A stretch of DNA of 64,000 bases. Source: an uncultured virus (IMG/VR IMGVR_UViG_3300030101_002968). Lineage: Duplodnaviria; Heunggongvirae; Uroviricota; Caudoviricetes. The notes below the pieces were generated by a model that was not told the DNA's origin, did not search any database, and was given only the letters and a program-made list of their open reading frames with translations. The stretch covers positions 1 through 64,000 of IMG/VR virus record IMGVR_UViG_3300030101_002968; one strand, written 5' to 3'. How positions within the stretch are numbered: position 1 is the first letter of the stretch; every line of letters begins with the position of its first letter. The translations under genes and the position numbers were made by a program. This document shows positions 16,901-26,524 of this stretch, one piece after another.

Positions 16901-19900
16901 ACAATATCTATTATTTTCATTAAAAGATAAGATGCTGGCTTTTGATGTTCAAATCTTACGTTTTCATTACTAATTTCGCCTAATAAAAAGTTTCCATTTT
17001 CATCTATCAAGCCGTCCATTATACCCACAACTTTACCAGCTCTTCTTAATGTAGTTGAAGGGTTACTCATTAAAGTCATCATTTGAACAACAAAATCGTG
17101 CTCGCTAAAGTTAGCATCTAAATTTAGTTTGTCTGCAAAGAAAATAATTTTGTTAACTAAAAGTTTTCTAGCTAAATCAGCCTCGTCGTTTTTCTTTTGT
17201 TGATCGTATTTATTAGCGTCTTTACGTGTAACGTTTTTTATAACGTTTATCATTTGTGTTATAACACCTTTACCGTCTTGTGGTTCAAACTTTATTTCAA
17301 CAAATTTTTCTGTTTTACCATCTCTAAATATTTCCGATGAACCTTTAGAGTTTTCTTCCATAGCATCAATAAAGTCTTGAGGCATAAACTGATAAATAAA
17401 CTTTCTAAAATCTGTTTTTGGACCTTCTTTAGAGTGAAATAGCTGGTACCTAGCTGTACCGCTTTCTCCTTTAGGAGTTTTTACATCTTTGTTTGTACCT
17501 GCTATAAAATAATTTTCTCCTCCACTAATTTTATAGGCTGTTACATGGTTTTGCTCTTCCATAGCTATTTCCATTAGAGCCTCTTCTACAGTTATATCAC
17601 CTTGACGCCATCTAGCTATTATATTGTCAACAACAAAATCAGCAACAGCGTTTCTACCACGCTTAACAGCTAGTATATCAAATACTTCTTTTTGACTTGG
17701 CACATCACCATCTTCGTTTACTATTCCAAACTTTTCAATAAGACCTACATAAACCTCTGTATCTAAATATATACCAGCAAACTCTTCAAAAGGTATCATT
17801 TTTACACCTTGCGACTCAAAATTACCTTTTTGATATTGAAATTGTTTAATAGCACCAGCTTCTTTAAACATGTCTTTAACAAGAGCTCTAGCCTCTTCAT
17901 TTGTTAAAACGCCGTCTTTAGTAAACACTTTTGATAAAGCTGTTATTGTTCTAGCATTAGATAAAGTTTTATCTATCTCTTGAACAGCAATGCCAAGCTC
18001 AGGAAATAGTTTTTCAACGCCAGATTGTTTAGCTGCTGATAATTTTTTAAACGTTATAGACTCTGCTGACATAGACAAACCATCTTCAAGAGCATTTTTA
18101 AGTCTTTCATCTAAATCGCCAGTAGCTTCTAATGATCTTCTTAAACTTTGATTAGTAATTGTTCTATCTAACAAAGATAATACCGCTAGTATTTTAGCGC
18201 TTGTGTTTCTATCAATTTTAAAATCAAAACCTTTTTTAGCTCTAAATATACCTAAATATTCAGCAAAATCTTTTTCAGATAAATTAGGTTTTTTATATTG
18301 AGGGAAATTATTTTTAATTCTTTTAGAACCTTTGTTATAACCAAACCTTAACAACACATTTGGCATATTAGTAGATTTAAAAGCCGCAGTGTGACCTTCG
18401 TTAAAAATTGTAGACAATATTAACTGAGCATGTTTAGCTATAAACCTTTGTGCTGATCTAACTTCGTTACTACCAGCTTTACCTTCTTTTTTTCTTAAAT
18501 TAGCTAAAAACTTTTTACTTCTTGGATTTAGCTTATCAACGTCAACACCTGACAATCTAGCTATAGTTTTATAAGTCAAACCTTCTACATTACTTAATTC
18601 CATAGTGTCTAAATCAAGATCAAGCATGTGTTTTTCCTCTAGCTTCTTTTTTAATTCAGCTATTTTTTTACTATCACCCTTGTTTTTAACAAGACTTGAA
18701 TATTCTTTTAAATCAGCAAGCCCTTCTGCTATTAACTTTTCAACCTCTGCTTGAATATCTTGGTTTTCTATTCTACCTATTTCTCTAGCAGCGTTATATT
18801 TAGGAGAAACAAATCTTGGCGCGTTGTCAAAATCATTTGGTGTTGAATCGTCTGCAATGTCACCAACGTTTTCATTATCTATACTTACACTACCTTCCAT
18901 AGCTCCTTTTTGCTCAGCTTTTAAAGCGTCACCATATCTAAGGGGTAACAACATATTTAAGTAAGCACCAAAAGGCGTTAGCGCTGGATCGTAAGATCTA
19001 GAAAGTTTTATTAGTTCTCTAGAAAAACCTGACTGAAACTGTTCGAAACCAACTCGTTTACTTTCTTCTAATCCCATTATTTTAGGATTTTTAGCCGCAA
19101 AGTCAGACAAGGCTGTTACTAAAGCCATGTTGTTTAACACCAAATCGTTTCGTAAATCTTCATCGTACTCATATGTACCATCTTCAAGTATTACTCTTGT
19201 TTCTAAAAGTTGTTGTCTTATTCTTTCGTTTTCTTCTACAATTTTAATTGTATTTTCTTTTAGCTGTATGTCTTGTTGTACGTCATCTCTTTGGTAAATA
19301 TCTTTTTGTCTCATACGACCACCACGAGTTGAAAGCGCAGCGCTACCTGGTGACCATATTTCGTTTATCATACCTTTAGCTAACTTAGCAGCTTCTTCTA
19401 TTCTAGCAGCATTTATAAAATCTTTACCAGGCTTTATGTTTAAACCTTCGTTTATAATTCTTCTCATGCCAGGCGAAAACTCTTCTTTTGTACCTAAAAG
19501 CTCTTTGTTGTAGTCTCTAACAAAATTAAACATGGCTTTTGCAGGATTTCTGCTTGAGAAAAAATCAGCGTTTTTATTTATAAACCCTATACCAGACGCT
19601 CTCATAGATCTTCTAACAACATCATGAAGTCTTGTAAAAAAGTTAGAACTTATTTTAACCTCACCTTGAACAATAGCCTCTGACAAAACAGTAAACATTT
19701 CGTCCCATTGCATGTTTTTAACTTGCTCTTCGTAAGCCTTAAACTTACCACCTACATAATTAAATCTATCAGAAAACTTGTATTTATTAGGGTTTTTTAA
19801 AAGCTCGTTTCTTAACATAAACGACAAGCCTTTTACAGCGTTAGGATTTTTTAAAACTGTTTGCCTTAAAACTAAATGAAGTATTTCGTGTACACCAGCA

Positions 19901-22900
19901 CCATAATTATCTTCTTCTTTAACAGCGTCTTTGTTAAATAAAATTATAGGTTTTTTACCTATATCATCATATATAACTTTAGCAACACCACCGTGGTTTA
20001 ACATTTTAATTGGCTTCTTTTTACCCTTGTAAATTCTGTTGTATCTTTTTATTATAGCGTTTCTTCTTTCTATTTCTTTTTCATACTCTATACTAGAAAG
20101 CTCTATTGTGTCTACTTCTATACCAGCAGCTGCAAATAAAAGCTTTTTACCTCTATCTATACTCATTCTATATAAACTCTTCTTCCACTCTACAGGTGAC
20201 TCTTGTGAAAGTTTATTGTCTATAGTTTTTATTTTGTTATTTATTTCTTCAATCTCTTGACTATTAGCAGCTTTGTCTTTTCTTTCTAGTTTTTTCTTTT
20301 CTTTAACAAGTTCATTTTTCTCTACAATCATATCGACCATACTAATCGTAGCCCACTCAGGAGCGGCGTTTAAAGCTTGCGCAACGTTTCTAACAGCTTG
20401 ATGGTTTTGTTTTTCTAACTCTAACCTTCTTTCGTGAAGCTCTATTTTTTTATTAACTTGAGCCCATTTTGGATTAGCCTTAACATATAAAGCTTTTTCT
20501 TTTTTTAGTTCATCTATATGTTTTTGTATTTCAGCTTGTTCTAATTCTGAGTTTTGCAAAGCTTCAGACGCTTGATCTAAAATACCTTCATACATTAACG
20601 TTTTAGCATTTTTTATTGTAGACCTTGCTTGCTTAACACCTAAACCACCTGTTAATAAAGATGTTCCTACAATTATCTCTCTTTGCGCTTGAACGTTACC
20701 AACTTCCCAGCTGTAATCAGCTATAAAATTAGCCTTAACCATATCGTTTAAAAAAACGTCTAACTGTTCTTCAACGTGTTCTTTAAAAAAGTTTTTACCA
20801 AAAGTTTTTAAAGCTTTACTATAAACTTTTCTATTTATAGCTTTTGTAGCCTGTTTAGTTCCAACACTTTTAAGGTCTTTTATAAAAGTTTTTAATAAAT
20901 TTTTACCAACATCATTTTTAAAGAACATAGCGTCAGGCATGACTAACTGACTAACACCTGTAGCTAAAGTTGTCATATTAGCATATAATAAAGCAGAGTT
21001 ACCGCTTAAACCATTAGACCTTGCGTCAGCTAAATTGTCAAAAAATAACATTCGTTGGTTCATACCAATCATTCTTATTCCTCTAATTTCAGCTGCAGTA
21101 GTTTTGTAATTTTTAGCTAGCGTGTTCATTATTGTTCTACCACTACTAGCGTTTTTAATGTTTATAGCTCTTACTTTTGTTGCGGTTATACCTGCGCCAG
21201 CTCTAGCAATATTTAACGTATATGGTAGTAGTTCTGCAAATGTTTTTGAAACAGTGTACAAGCTAGGGTTGTAAGCTTTTGGATTTGTTAAATCTTCCCA
21301 AAACTTACCAGAACCTTTGAAGTTAGGATTATAAAGAGTTTCTAGTTTGTTTTTAGGTAGTATTTTAGCTGTAGCAACACTACCTAAAAAATCCATGTAT
21401 TGATCTTTGTGGCTATATATTAAACTACCATCATCGTTAAACTTTTTTGGATCTGTAGGTAACTGTGTTATTCTACTAGCCTCTACAGTATTGTCAATTA
21501 AGTCAGCGCCAAAATAACCACTACCTAAGCCAAGCAAAGCAGCTGGTGATTTTAAAACAGAATTTAAAACTCTATATCTCGAGTATTCTTCTGCAAAGTT
21601 ACCTCCTATTTCAGCGGTTGCATATATAGGATTATCAGTAGCATTTTTAACACCTATATCCCAAGCTCTAGCAGCTTTAGTACCTTTAAACGCTGGTGGT
21701 TTTTTGTCAAGAGGTACATCTGACATTTCCCAACCAAGTGCTTGCCACATTTGCTCGTTTCTTTTTTGCCAAGCAGCACCTTTTTCGTTTATTAACTTTC
21801 TGTTTTCAAACAGCGCTTGACCTTCTTCTTGCAAGCTGTTTTGTCTAACATCAAGATCTTTTAACATTGCGTTTATATCGCTTAACACGCCTAAATCTTC
21901 AGCAGAAGGTGTTACTCTCTTGTTGTCAATAATAGCAGGTATAAATATTTCTCTACCTCTAGCATCCCAACCGTAAGTTCCATATTTGCTATTTATTCTT
22001 TGTATTTGATTATCTAAAGCCTCGTAGTCTGATCTTAAATTGTTTCTTTTGGTTTCAAAAGCAGCTTCGTTATTTTTTTGCAACTTATTAGCTTTAACAA
22101 GTCTTTCACCTTGTTTGTTTAAAACAAGATTATTGTTTGCTATTACGTTTGCTTTAGCAACTTTTATTATTTGTTCCCTGTCTAAACCAAGTTGTTTAAA
22201 AGAAACACCATTATAAATTTTATTATAAAGTTCTCTTGGTACAGCATTTAGTATTTCTTTTTTCATTTGAGTTTGAAACTTACCAAAATCTAACGTTTCA
22301 CTGTTAGGTATGCCAGCAAATGCTTTTTTTATTACATCGCCTTCAATATCGCTTTTTTCTAAAGTTATAACTTCGTTAAAAACTCGATTAGCTGTTGTCA
22401 TGAAGCTTATATTATCTGTATAAGCTTCGTCAAACTTTTGACCTCTTGCGTCTACAGGCCCTTCGGTTGAGTCAAAAAACTCACCAGTAAACTTATTTAC
22501 CTTGTTTTTAAACTTTAAAGCCGGAGTGCTATTCTCACCACCTACAGCGTTAAAATATTCTTCTCTACTTGTGTAGTTAGTTCCTTCAGCTTTGTTTATT
22601 TCTTGTAAAACTGATCTATCATACTTAGCTAATCTATCTTTATTAAACTTTTGTTTGTTAAAAAAAGCATCTCCACCGTTATATGTAAATTCAGGACCTT
22701 CTTCTTTTCCATCATCAATACTTAAAACACCTTCTATTGGATTAATTTTTTGAATAGGATTAGTTGTTCTATCTTGACGTGATTCTTTTCTTTTTTCTAT
22801 TATTTTATTAAACTCTTCTTCATCTTCTTTTGCTAAATCTCTTAGTGGTTGTCTTTTTTTATCATCTGTAGGTAAGGTAAATTGTGGTGGTGGTAAGTTA

Positions 22901-24084
22901 ACAATTTTGTTATTTTCAAGTCTTACTTCAGTATCATCATCGTCTTCGTTACCAAAATCAAAGTCATCTTTTTCTTTAGCTTCGTAATTAAATATATTAG
23001 AACTTCCTTTTATAGTTATTTCTTTTAAACCATCTGTTGGAAGTTTTGTTGCATACTTTTCTTCTTTTTGATCTACTATTTCGTTTTCTTTTTCTTTTCT
23101 ATCTATATTAACCTCAGTGTACGGCGTAGCTTTTTCAAGCTCCATTACTCTTTCTTCTACCTCCATTTCTTTAACAGGTAGCGTTTTAATAGGATCTACT
23201 TGTATGTCGTCTTTTTTACTTCTACCTGTTTGGCCTGCAACAGGGCCAACACCAGTTCCACCTTGATTTATAACTTCACCTGTACTTGGGTCTATAATTT
23301 GTTGTGTTTCGTCAAAATCAAAAGAACTTGTTTTCTTTCTTTTAGGTTCTTCTATCTCTTGTTGTTCAATTATTTCAGGTTGTTGTACACGAACAGCATT
23401 TATACTGTCTACAGTTAAACTATCACCTTCAACTAAAGACATTGAATCTACTTTACCACTAACCCTATGTTCGTTAAGCCTACCCATCCAACCTCTAGAA
23501 TATTGCGGATCATTTTGACTTGAACCTATATAGCTTTGCTCTCTTCTCATGGCATAAGCATCTAAAACTTTATCACCACCTTGTTTTTCTATAGCATTGT
23601 TTACATGAAAAATAGCATCATCTATAGTTTCAAAACCTTTAGCATCTCCTAAATCACCATAACCAGCGTTTTGTAACGCGGTAACCATTGTTTCGTTGTC
23701 GCTGTTACCAAAAGTAAATTGTTGGTTTATTAAAGCATCGTATATAGACGCTCCTACTCTCTTATCAGTTATTTCTTCTAACTTGTGTTTATCCCATATA
23801 TTAGTTTTAAAATAATTAGACACAATGTTTTTACCTTCATCTTCTGTTCCAGAAAATTCTGCTTCAAACTGAGAATTAACAGCGTTCCAACCAGCTTCGT
23901 CTTTTGGTAATTCAATATTATTCCAATCTGCCCAAGCGCCTAAAGTTAAACCATAAAACGTTTTAGAATAAGCAACACTACCACCGTCTAAAACAGTTTG
24001 GTTTCCTCTATCTGTTTTATCAGTGCTTATACCAGCCTCTGCTTCAGCAGCTAAATTATGGGCATAATTGAATTTTTCAGCCAT
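13984..24084 (-). CDS. Giant (3366 aa) multidomain internal virion (ejected) protein
   Basis: Last gene of the structural module; GH108-like N-terminus, HEILH zincin motif, sigma-region-2-like segment, HAD motifs and helical C-terminus. Confidence 0.8.
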   Translation of the reverse strand: MAEKFNYAHNLAAEAEAGISTDKTDRGNQTVLDGGSVAYSKTFYGLTLGAWADWNNIELPKDEAGWNAVNSQFEAEFSGTEDEGKNIVSNYFKTNIWDKHKLEEITDKRVGASIYDALINQQFTFGNSDNETMVTALQNAGYGDLGDAKGFETIDDAIFHVNNAIEKQGGDKVLDAYAMRREQSYIGSSQNDPQYSRGWMGRLNEHRVSGKVDSMSLVEGDSLTVDSINAVRVQQPEIIEQQEIEEPKRKKTSSFDFDETQQIIDPSTGEVINQGGTGVGPVAGQTGRSKKDDIQVDPIKTLPVKEMEVEERVMELEKATPYTEVNIDRKEKENEIVDQKEEKYATKLPTDGLKEITIKGSSNIFNYEAKEKDDFDFGNEDDDDTEVRLENNKIVNLPPPQFTLPTDDKKRQPLRDLAKEDEEEFNKIIEKRKESRQDRTTNPIQKINPIEGVLSIDDGKEEGPEFTYNGGDAFFNKQKFNKDRLAKYDRSVLQEINKAEGTNYTSREEYFNAVGGENSTPALKFKNKVNKFTGEFFDSTEGPVDARGQKFDEAYTDNISFMTTANRVFNEVITLEKSDIEGDVIKKAFAGIPNSETLDFGKFQTQMKKEILNAVPRELYNKIYNGVSFKQLGLDREQIIKVAKANVIANNNLVLNKQGERLVKANKLQKNNEAAFETKRNNLRSDYEALDNQIQRINSKYGTYGWDARGREIFIPAIIDNKRVTPSAEDLGVLSDINAMLKDLDVRQNSLQEEGQALFENRKLINEKGAAWQKRNEQMWQALGWEMSDVPLDKKPPAFKGTKAARAWDIGVKNATDNPIYATAEIGGNFAEEYSRYRVLNSVLKSPAALLGLGSGYFGADLIDNTVEASRITQLPTDPKKFNDDGSLIYSHKDQYMDFLGSVATAKILPKNKLETLYNPNFKGSGKFWEDLTNPKAYNPSLYTVSKTFAELLPYTLNIARAGAGITATKVRAINIKNASSGRTIMNTLAKNYKTTAAEIRGIRMIGMNQRMLFFDNLADARSNGLSGNSALLYANMTTLATGVSQLVMPDAMFFKNDVGKNLLKTFIKDLKSVGTKQATKAINRKVYSKALKTFGKNFFKEHVEEQLDVFLNDMVKANFIADYSWEVGNVQAQREIIVGTSLLTGGLGVKQARSTIKNAKTLMYEGILDQASEALQNSELEQAEIQKHIDELKKEKALYVKANPKWAQVNKKIELHERRLELEKQNHQAVRNVAQALNAAPEWATISMVDMIVEKNELVKEKKKLERKDKAANSQEIEEINNKIKTIDNKLSQESPVEWKKSLYRMSIDRGKKLLFAAAGIEVDTIELSSIEYEKEIERRNAIIKRYNRIYKGKKKPIKMLNHGGVAKVIYDDIGKKPIILFNKDAVKEEDNYGAGVHEILHLVLRQTVLKNPNAVKGLSFMLRNELLKNPNKYKFSDRFNYVGGKFKAYEEQVKNMQWDEMFTVLSEAIVQGEVKISSNFFTRLHDVVRRSMRASGIGFINKNADFFSSRNPAKAMFNFVRDYNKELLGTKEEFSPGMRRIINEGLNIKPGKDFINAARIEEAAKLAKGMINEIWSPGSAALSTRGGRMRQKDIYQRDDVQQDIQLKENTIKIVEENERIRQQLLETRVILEDGTYEYDEDLRNDLVLNNMALVTALSDFAAKNPKIMGLEESKRVGFEQFQSGFSRELIKLSRSYDPALTPFGAYLNMLLPLRYGDALKAEQKGAMEGSVSIDNENVGDIADDSTPNDFDNAPRFVSPKYNAAREIGRIENQDIQAEVEKLIAEGLADLKEYSSLVKNKGDSKKIAELKKKLEEKHMLDLDLDTMELSNVEGLTYKTIARLSGVDVDKLNPRSKKFLANLRKKEGKAGSNEVRSAQRFIAKHAQLILSTIFNEGHTAAFKSTNMPNVLLRFGYNKGSKRIKNNFPQYKKPNLSEKDFAEYLGIFRAKKGFDFKIDRNTSAKILAVLSLLDRTITNQSLRRSLEATGDLDERLKNALEDGLSMSAESITFKKLSAAKQSGVEKLFPELGIAVQEIDKTLSNARTITALSKVFTKDGVLTNEEARALVKDMFKEAGAIKQFQYQKGNFESQGVKMIPFEEFAGIYLDTEVYVGLIEKFGIVNEDGDVPSQKEVFDILAVKRGRNAVADFVVDNIIARWRQGDITVEEALMEIAMEEQNHVTAYKISGGENYFIAGTNKDVKTPKGESGTARYQLFHSKEGPKTDFRKFIYQFMPQDFIDAMEENSKGSSEIFRDGKTEKFVEIKFEPQDGKGVITQMINVIKNVTRKDANKYDQQKKNDEADLARKLLVNKIIFFADKLNLDANFSEHDFVVQMMTLMSNPSTTLRRAGKVVGIMDGLIDENGNFLLGEISNENVRFEHQKPASYLLMKIIDIVTDEKIDPETWNDLIQKELTDYNVAIITKLADKTLDKTGVKNLMGKEYESGTEYGSMVRMFNLMNKGDINVKAIRLIADILAKREGLVFGLGHEIAGELLPKTVAEIEQDRKISKLTVAANSVKYNRKSRGMSTFDFDETVAISDNVIIATKDGETKRIASNEWPFVGDQLMKEGWKMDFTDFNRVTDGKPGPLMQKLKNQIKKFGPKNVFILTARAPESEAAIHAYLKSEGINLPIKNITGLGNSTGEAKAVWMLNKFAEGYNDMYFVDDALPNVKAVKNVLDQLDIKSDVQIVKASQSISYDRDFNQMMEDVSGIDADKRFSTAKARRRGEDKNKFKLFVPPSAEDFVGLLYQFLGKGKQGEKHFAFLKKALIEPLNRGYEALNSAKQAIATDFDNLKAKMPDVKKLLYKKIPSGDYTYNDAIRVYLWNKAGFNIPGLSDADQKMLSEFVENDAKLKAFADTLGILSRQENGYIEPTDEWLTEDIRTDLINATSRVNRKQFFTEFLENVDIIFSKENMNKIEAIYGRNFREALEDMLYRIENGTNRSFGQNALVNKFMNWINGAIGTTMFVNVRSAALQTLSMVNFINFEDNNIIAAARAFANQKQFWSDFMMIFNSDMLKQRRAGLGLDVNASELTDYVANSTNKFKAALNFLLTKGYLPTQIADSFAIAAGGASFYRNRLNKYLKEGMNVTEAKRKAFADFRVIAEETQQSARPDMISQQQASVLGRIILAFQNTPMQYTRLMKKATLDLINGRGDAKANISRIVYYGAVQNIIFYSLQTALFAMLFGDDEDDEEFFDKKRERVLNGSVDSVLRGMGIQGAIVSTLKNMARTFYKEQQKTFNKDESAVIMEMINLSPPLGIKLRQIRNAERTIRWNKDLIDEVPYYNLKNPVWEASFSTVQGLTNIPLARMHQKVTNMSEAFGEDLAAWQRLALMMGWTTWNLGIEKRTSLKTGKSKRKLRVGAGKMK

Positions 24085-24094
24085 GTATTATAAT

Positions 24095-25750
24095 TTAATT
24101 TTGTTTTTTATAACTAATAAGATACGATGGAGCTGTTAAATCCCAAGTATTAGCATCGTTGCCTAAACCATCTAGTAAAGAAAAATTATCAAAGTTACTT
24201 CTATTTAAATAAGATTTTAGTTTTTGAAATTCTTTATTACCCATAGTTTTAGTATCAAATGATTGTGGATCATTTTCACCTATTCGAACACTTAAAACAC
24301 CGTCTTTAGCTGCTAATTCTACATCGTCATATTTACCATATTGCTCTTGTAAAGACTTAAACATTTCACCTTCACTTGTGCCTAGGTTTTTAGACATATC
24401 AACCGACTTAGCGTCAAACTGTGTTCCGATACCTTGTGCAAAGCCTTCAAAAAGTTTATCTTTAAACGCTGTTTCTCTTTGTGTTTTTATAGTTTCTGAT
24501 GTTGGAAAATTAATTTTACCAGCCATAAAAGGCGTTTTTTCACCAGGCATTATAAAATATCTATTAGCTTTTTGCATTTCTTCAACTTGTCTTTTCTTAT
24601 AAAAATCAGCTGTAACCTCACCGTGATATTTACTGTATTTATCTACAATAAAATCATTAATTCTAGTTTTATTTCTATAATCTCTAGAACCATCTTGCAA
24701 AGTACCTTTTAAATAACCTGATAACTCTTTTTCTGTTAAACCACCTAACGGACCTTTGCTAGGATCGTAAGTAACTTTAACAAAATTACCTTCATTCACA
24801 GGTCCTTGCTCACCTGTTTCACCTTCAGCATCAACGCCTAAAGGTATACCATCGTTATCTGCGTCTCTAGCTTTACCAACTTTTCTATGTACAGTTATAT
24901 ATGTTTTGTTGTCATCTGTAGAGTTTATATCTTCGTAATACTCTGGAGGTAAAGCACCACTAGTAAATTGTTTTGCAAAAGGATTATCTATACCGTCTTC
25001 AGAGTGGTCTTGGTTTATTAAATCTTGAGCTTGCCAAAAATTAGCACCGCTTAACTCAGTTTTTAAATTAGAAGCAATAGTAGTAGCACTAGTACCTGTT
25101 CTTTCCCAGTTTATGGGCTTGCCTTGTGTACCTTCAATATTCGTATTCCAAGCGCTCATAACTTTTGTTGATCCTGAGTGCCACTTATCCATAGCTACAG
25201 GATCGTTAGTAACATCAAAATAAACAAAACCATCTTTGCTAGGATAACCTTCAGGTGCTTTTATTTTTCTCATTGGAACGCCGTCAACGTTAACAATTTC
25301 AGAGTTTACGCTTGCTTTTACAAAATGCTCGTCAGTTTGATCATAACCAGGTCCAAACACACCACCGTTTTCTATATTCATGTGCGTATTAGAACTCATT
25401 TGTTGAGCAGCCTTAATATTGGTTTGCATAGCATTAACAACTTGGTCTTGACCAATTTTATCTTGATTTGCAAATATGTTTTTTGCAAATTTCATTAATG
25501 GACTTAAAAATGAAATAGCTTCTTTTGTATAACCTTTACTACCCTCAGGAAGTTCAGTTTTAACTCTTTTATAATAATCATCGTTAACTTTTTGTATAGA
25601 CTCTGCTTTAGCTTTTTTTTGCTGCATATCCATGCCTATCATTTGCTTTGCAAATTGACCAGCTGCGGCTGAACGTGCAACACCTTCGCTCGCGCCATAT
25701 CTAGCCGCGTCAGCTTTTATTAATCCTAAATCTGCTTTTCCGAATGCCAT
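24095..25750 (-). CDS. Putative internal virion protein
   Basis: 551 aa, between two other ejection-type genes. Confidence 0.6.
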   Translation of the reverse strand: MAFGKADLGLIKADAARYGASEGVARSAAAGQFAKQMIGMDMQQKKAKAESIQKVNDDYYKRVKTELPEGSKGYTKEAISFLSPLMKFAKNIFANQDKIGQDQVVNAMQTNIKAAQQMSSNTHMNIENGGVFGPGYDQTDEHFVKASVNSEIVNVDGVPMRKIKAPEGYPSKDGFVYFDVTNDPVAMDKWHSGSTKVMSAWNTNIEGTQGKPINWERTGTSATTIASNLKTELSGANFWQAQDLINQDHSEDGIDNPFAKQFTSGALPPEYYEDINSTDDNKTYITVHRKVGKARDADNDGIPLGVDAEGETGEQGPVNEGNFVKVTYDPSKGPLGGLTEKELSGYLKGTLQDGSRDYRNKTRINDFIVDKYSKYHGEVTADFYKKRQVEEMQKANRYFIMPGEKTPFMAGKINFPTSETIKTQRETAFKDKLFEGFAQGIGTQFDAKSVDMSKNLGTSEGEMFKSLQEQYGKYDDVELAAKDGVLSVRIGENDPQSFDTKTMGNKEFQKLKSYLNRSNFDNFSLLDGLGNDANTWDLTAPSYLISYKKQN

Positions 25751-25751
25751 A

Positions 25752-26456
25752 TTATATTTTTTTATTCATTATTCCAGCGGTAAGCATAGTACCTATACCA
25801 CCTATCATTTGTTGTTGCGCCATCATTTTGTCTCTTTGCGCTGCGCCTAGCCTGTTAGCTTCCATACCAAGTATAGTACCTTGCTTGCTTTGCTCCATTT
25901 GCATCGACATTGCTTCACCTTTTGCCATAGCCATATCAACTGCTTGAGCGCCTTTAGCTTCAAGCATTTCGTTTCTTGCCATTTCTTGTGATGTCATCAT
26001 GTCTATTTTAGCTTGGTTTTGCGCGGCCATTAAATTGTTTTTAGCTTCTTGCTGTCCTATAGACGCTGAAGACTGTCTTGCAAATTTAGCGCTTGCGTTA
26101 GCCATAGCTTGTGCCATACTAGCAACACCACTACCACCAGCCGCACCCTGCATATTTTGCATTATATTAGCTTGACTTTGTTGAAACTGGTCTGCTTGAA
26201 ACTCAGCTTGTTGTGTGTTAACTTCAAGATCTGCCATAGCATTGTCCATGCCAGCAAATTGACTTTCCATACCGGCAAACCTATTTTTCATATTAGCATA
26301 AGGATTACTAGTATCTAAGCCTCTATATATATTCATTTGCTTTTCATGTGCGGCTTTAGCGTCTTGAAGCTCTTTTCTTCTTGCACCAGTAAAATCAACG
26401 GCGCTAAGTGCTTGTACTGCGCCACCCACCATACCAGCTATTAACAATGCGCTCAT
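25752..26456 (-). CDS. Putative ejection/pilot protein
   Basis: Gly/Ala hydrophobic ends and an Ala/Gln/Met-rich helical core. Confidence 0.65.
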   Translation of the reverse strand: MSALLIAGMVGGAVQALSAVDFTGARRKELQDAKAAHEKQMNIYRGLDTSNPYANMKNRFAGMESQFAGMDNAMADLEVNTQQAEFQADQFQQSQANIMQNMQGAAGGSGVASMAQAMANASAKFARQSSASIGQQEAKNNLMAAQNQAKIDMMTSQEMARNEMLEAKGAQAVDMAMAKGEAMSMQMEQSKQGTILGMEANRLGAAQRDKMMAQQQMIGGIGTMLTAGIMNKKI

Positions 26457-26524
26457 TTGTTTATATTTTTAGTTAATATCATAATTTTATTCTTATATGT
26501 TAATATAGTTACATTTTTTAGTGA

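Noticed and set aside
13984..24084. crAss/N4-type virion RNA polymerase
   Set aside because: The DFD strings are either HAD motif I (followed by motifs II-IV) or lie in acidic low-complexity linkers. No DxDxD catalytic loop in polymerase context was recognised, but a very divergent RNAP cannot be excluded without a structure search.
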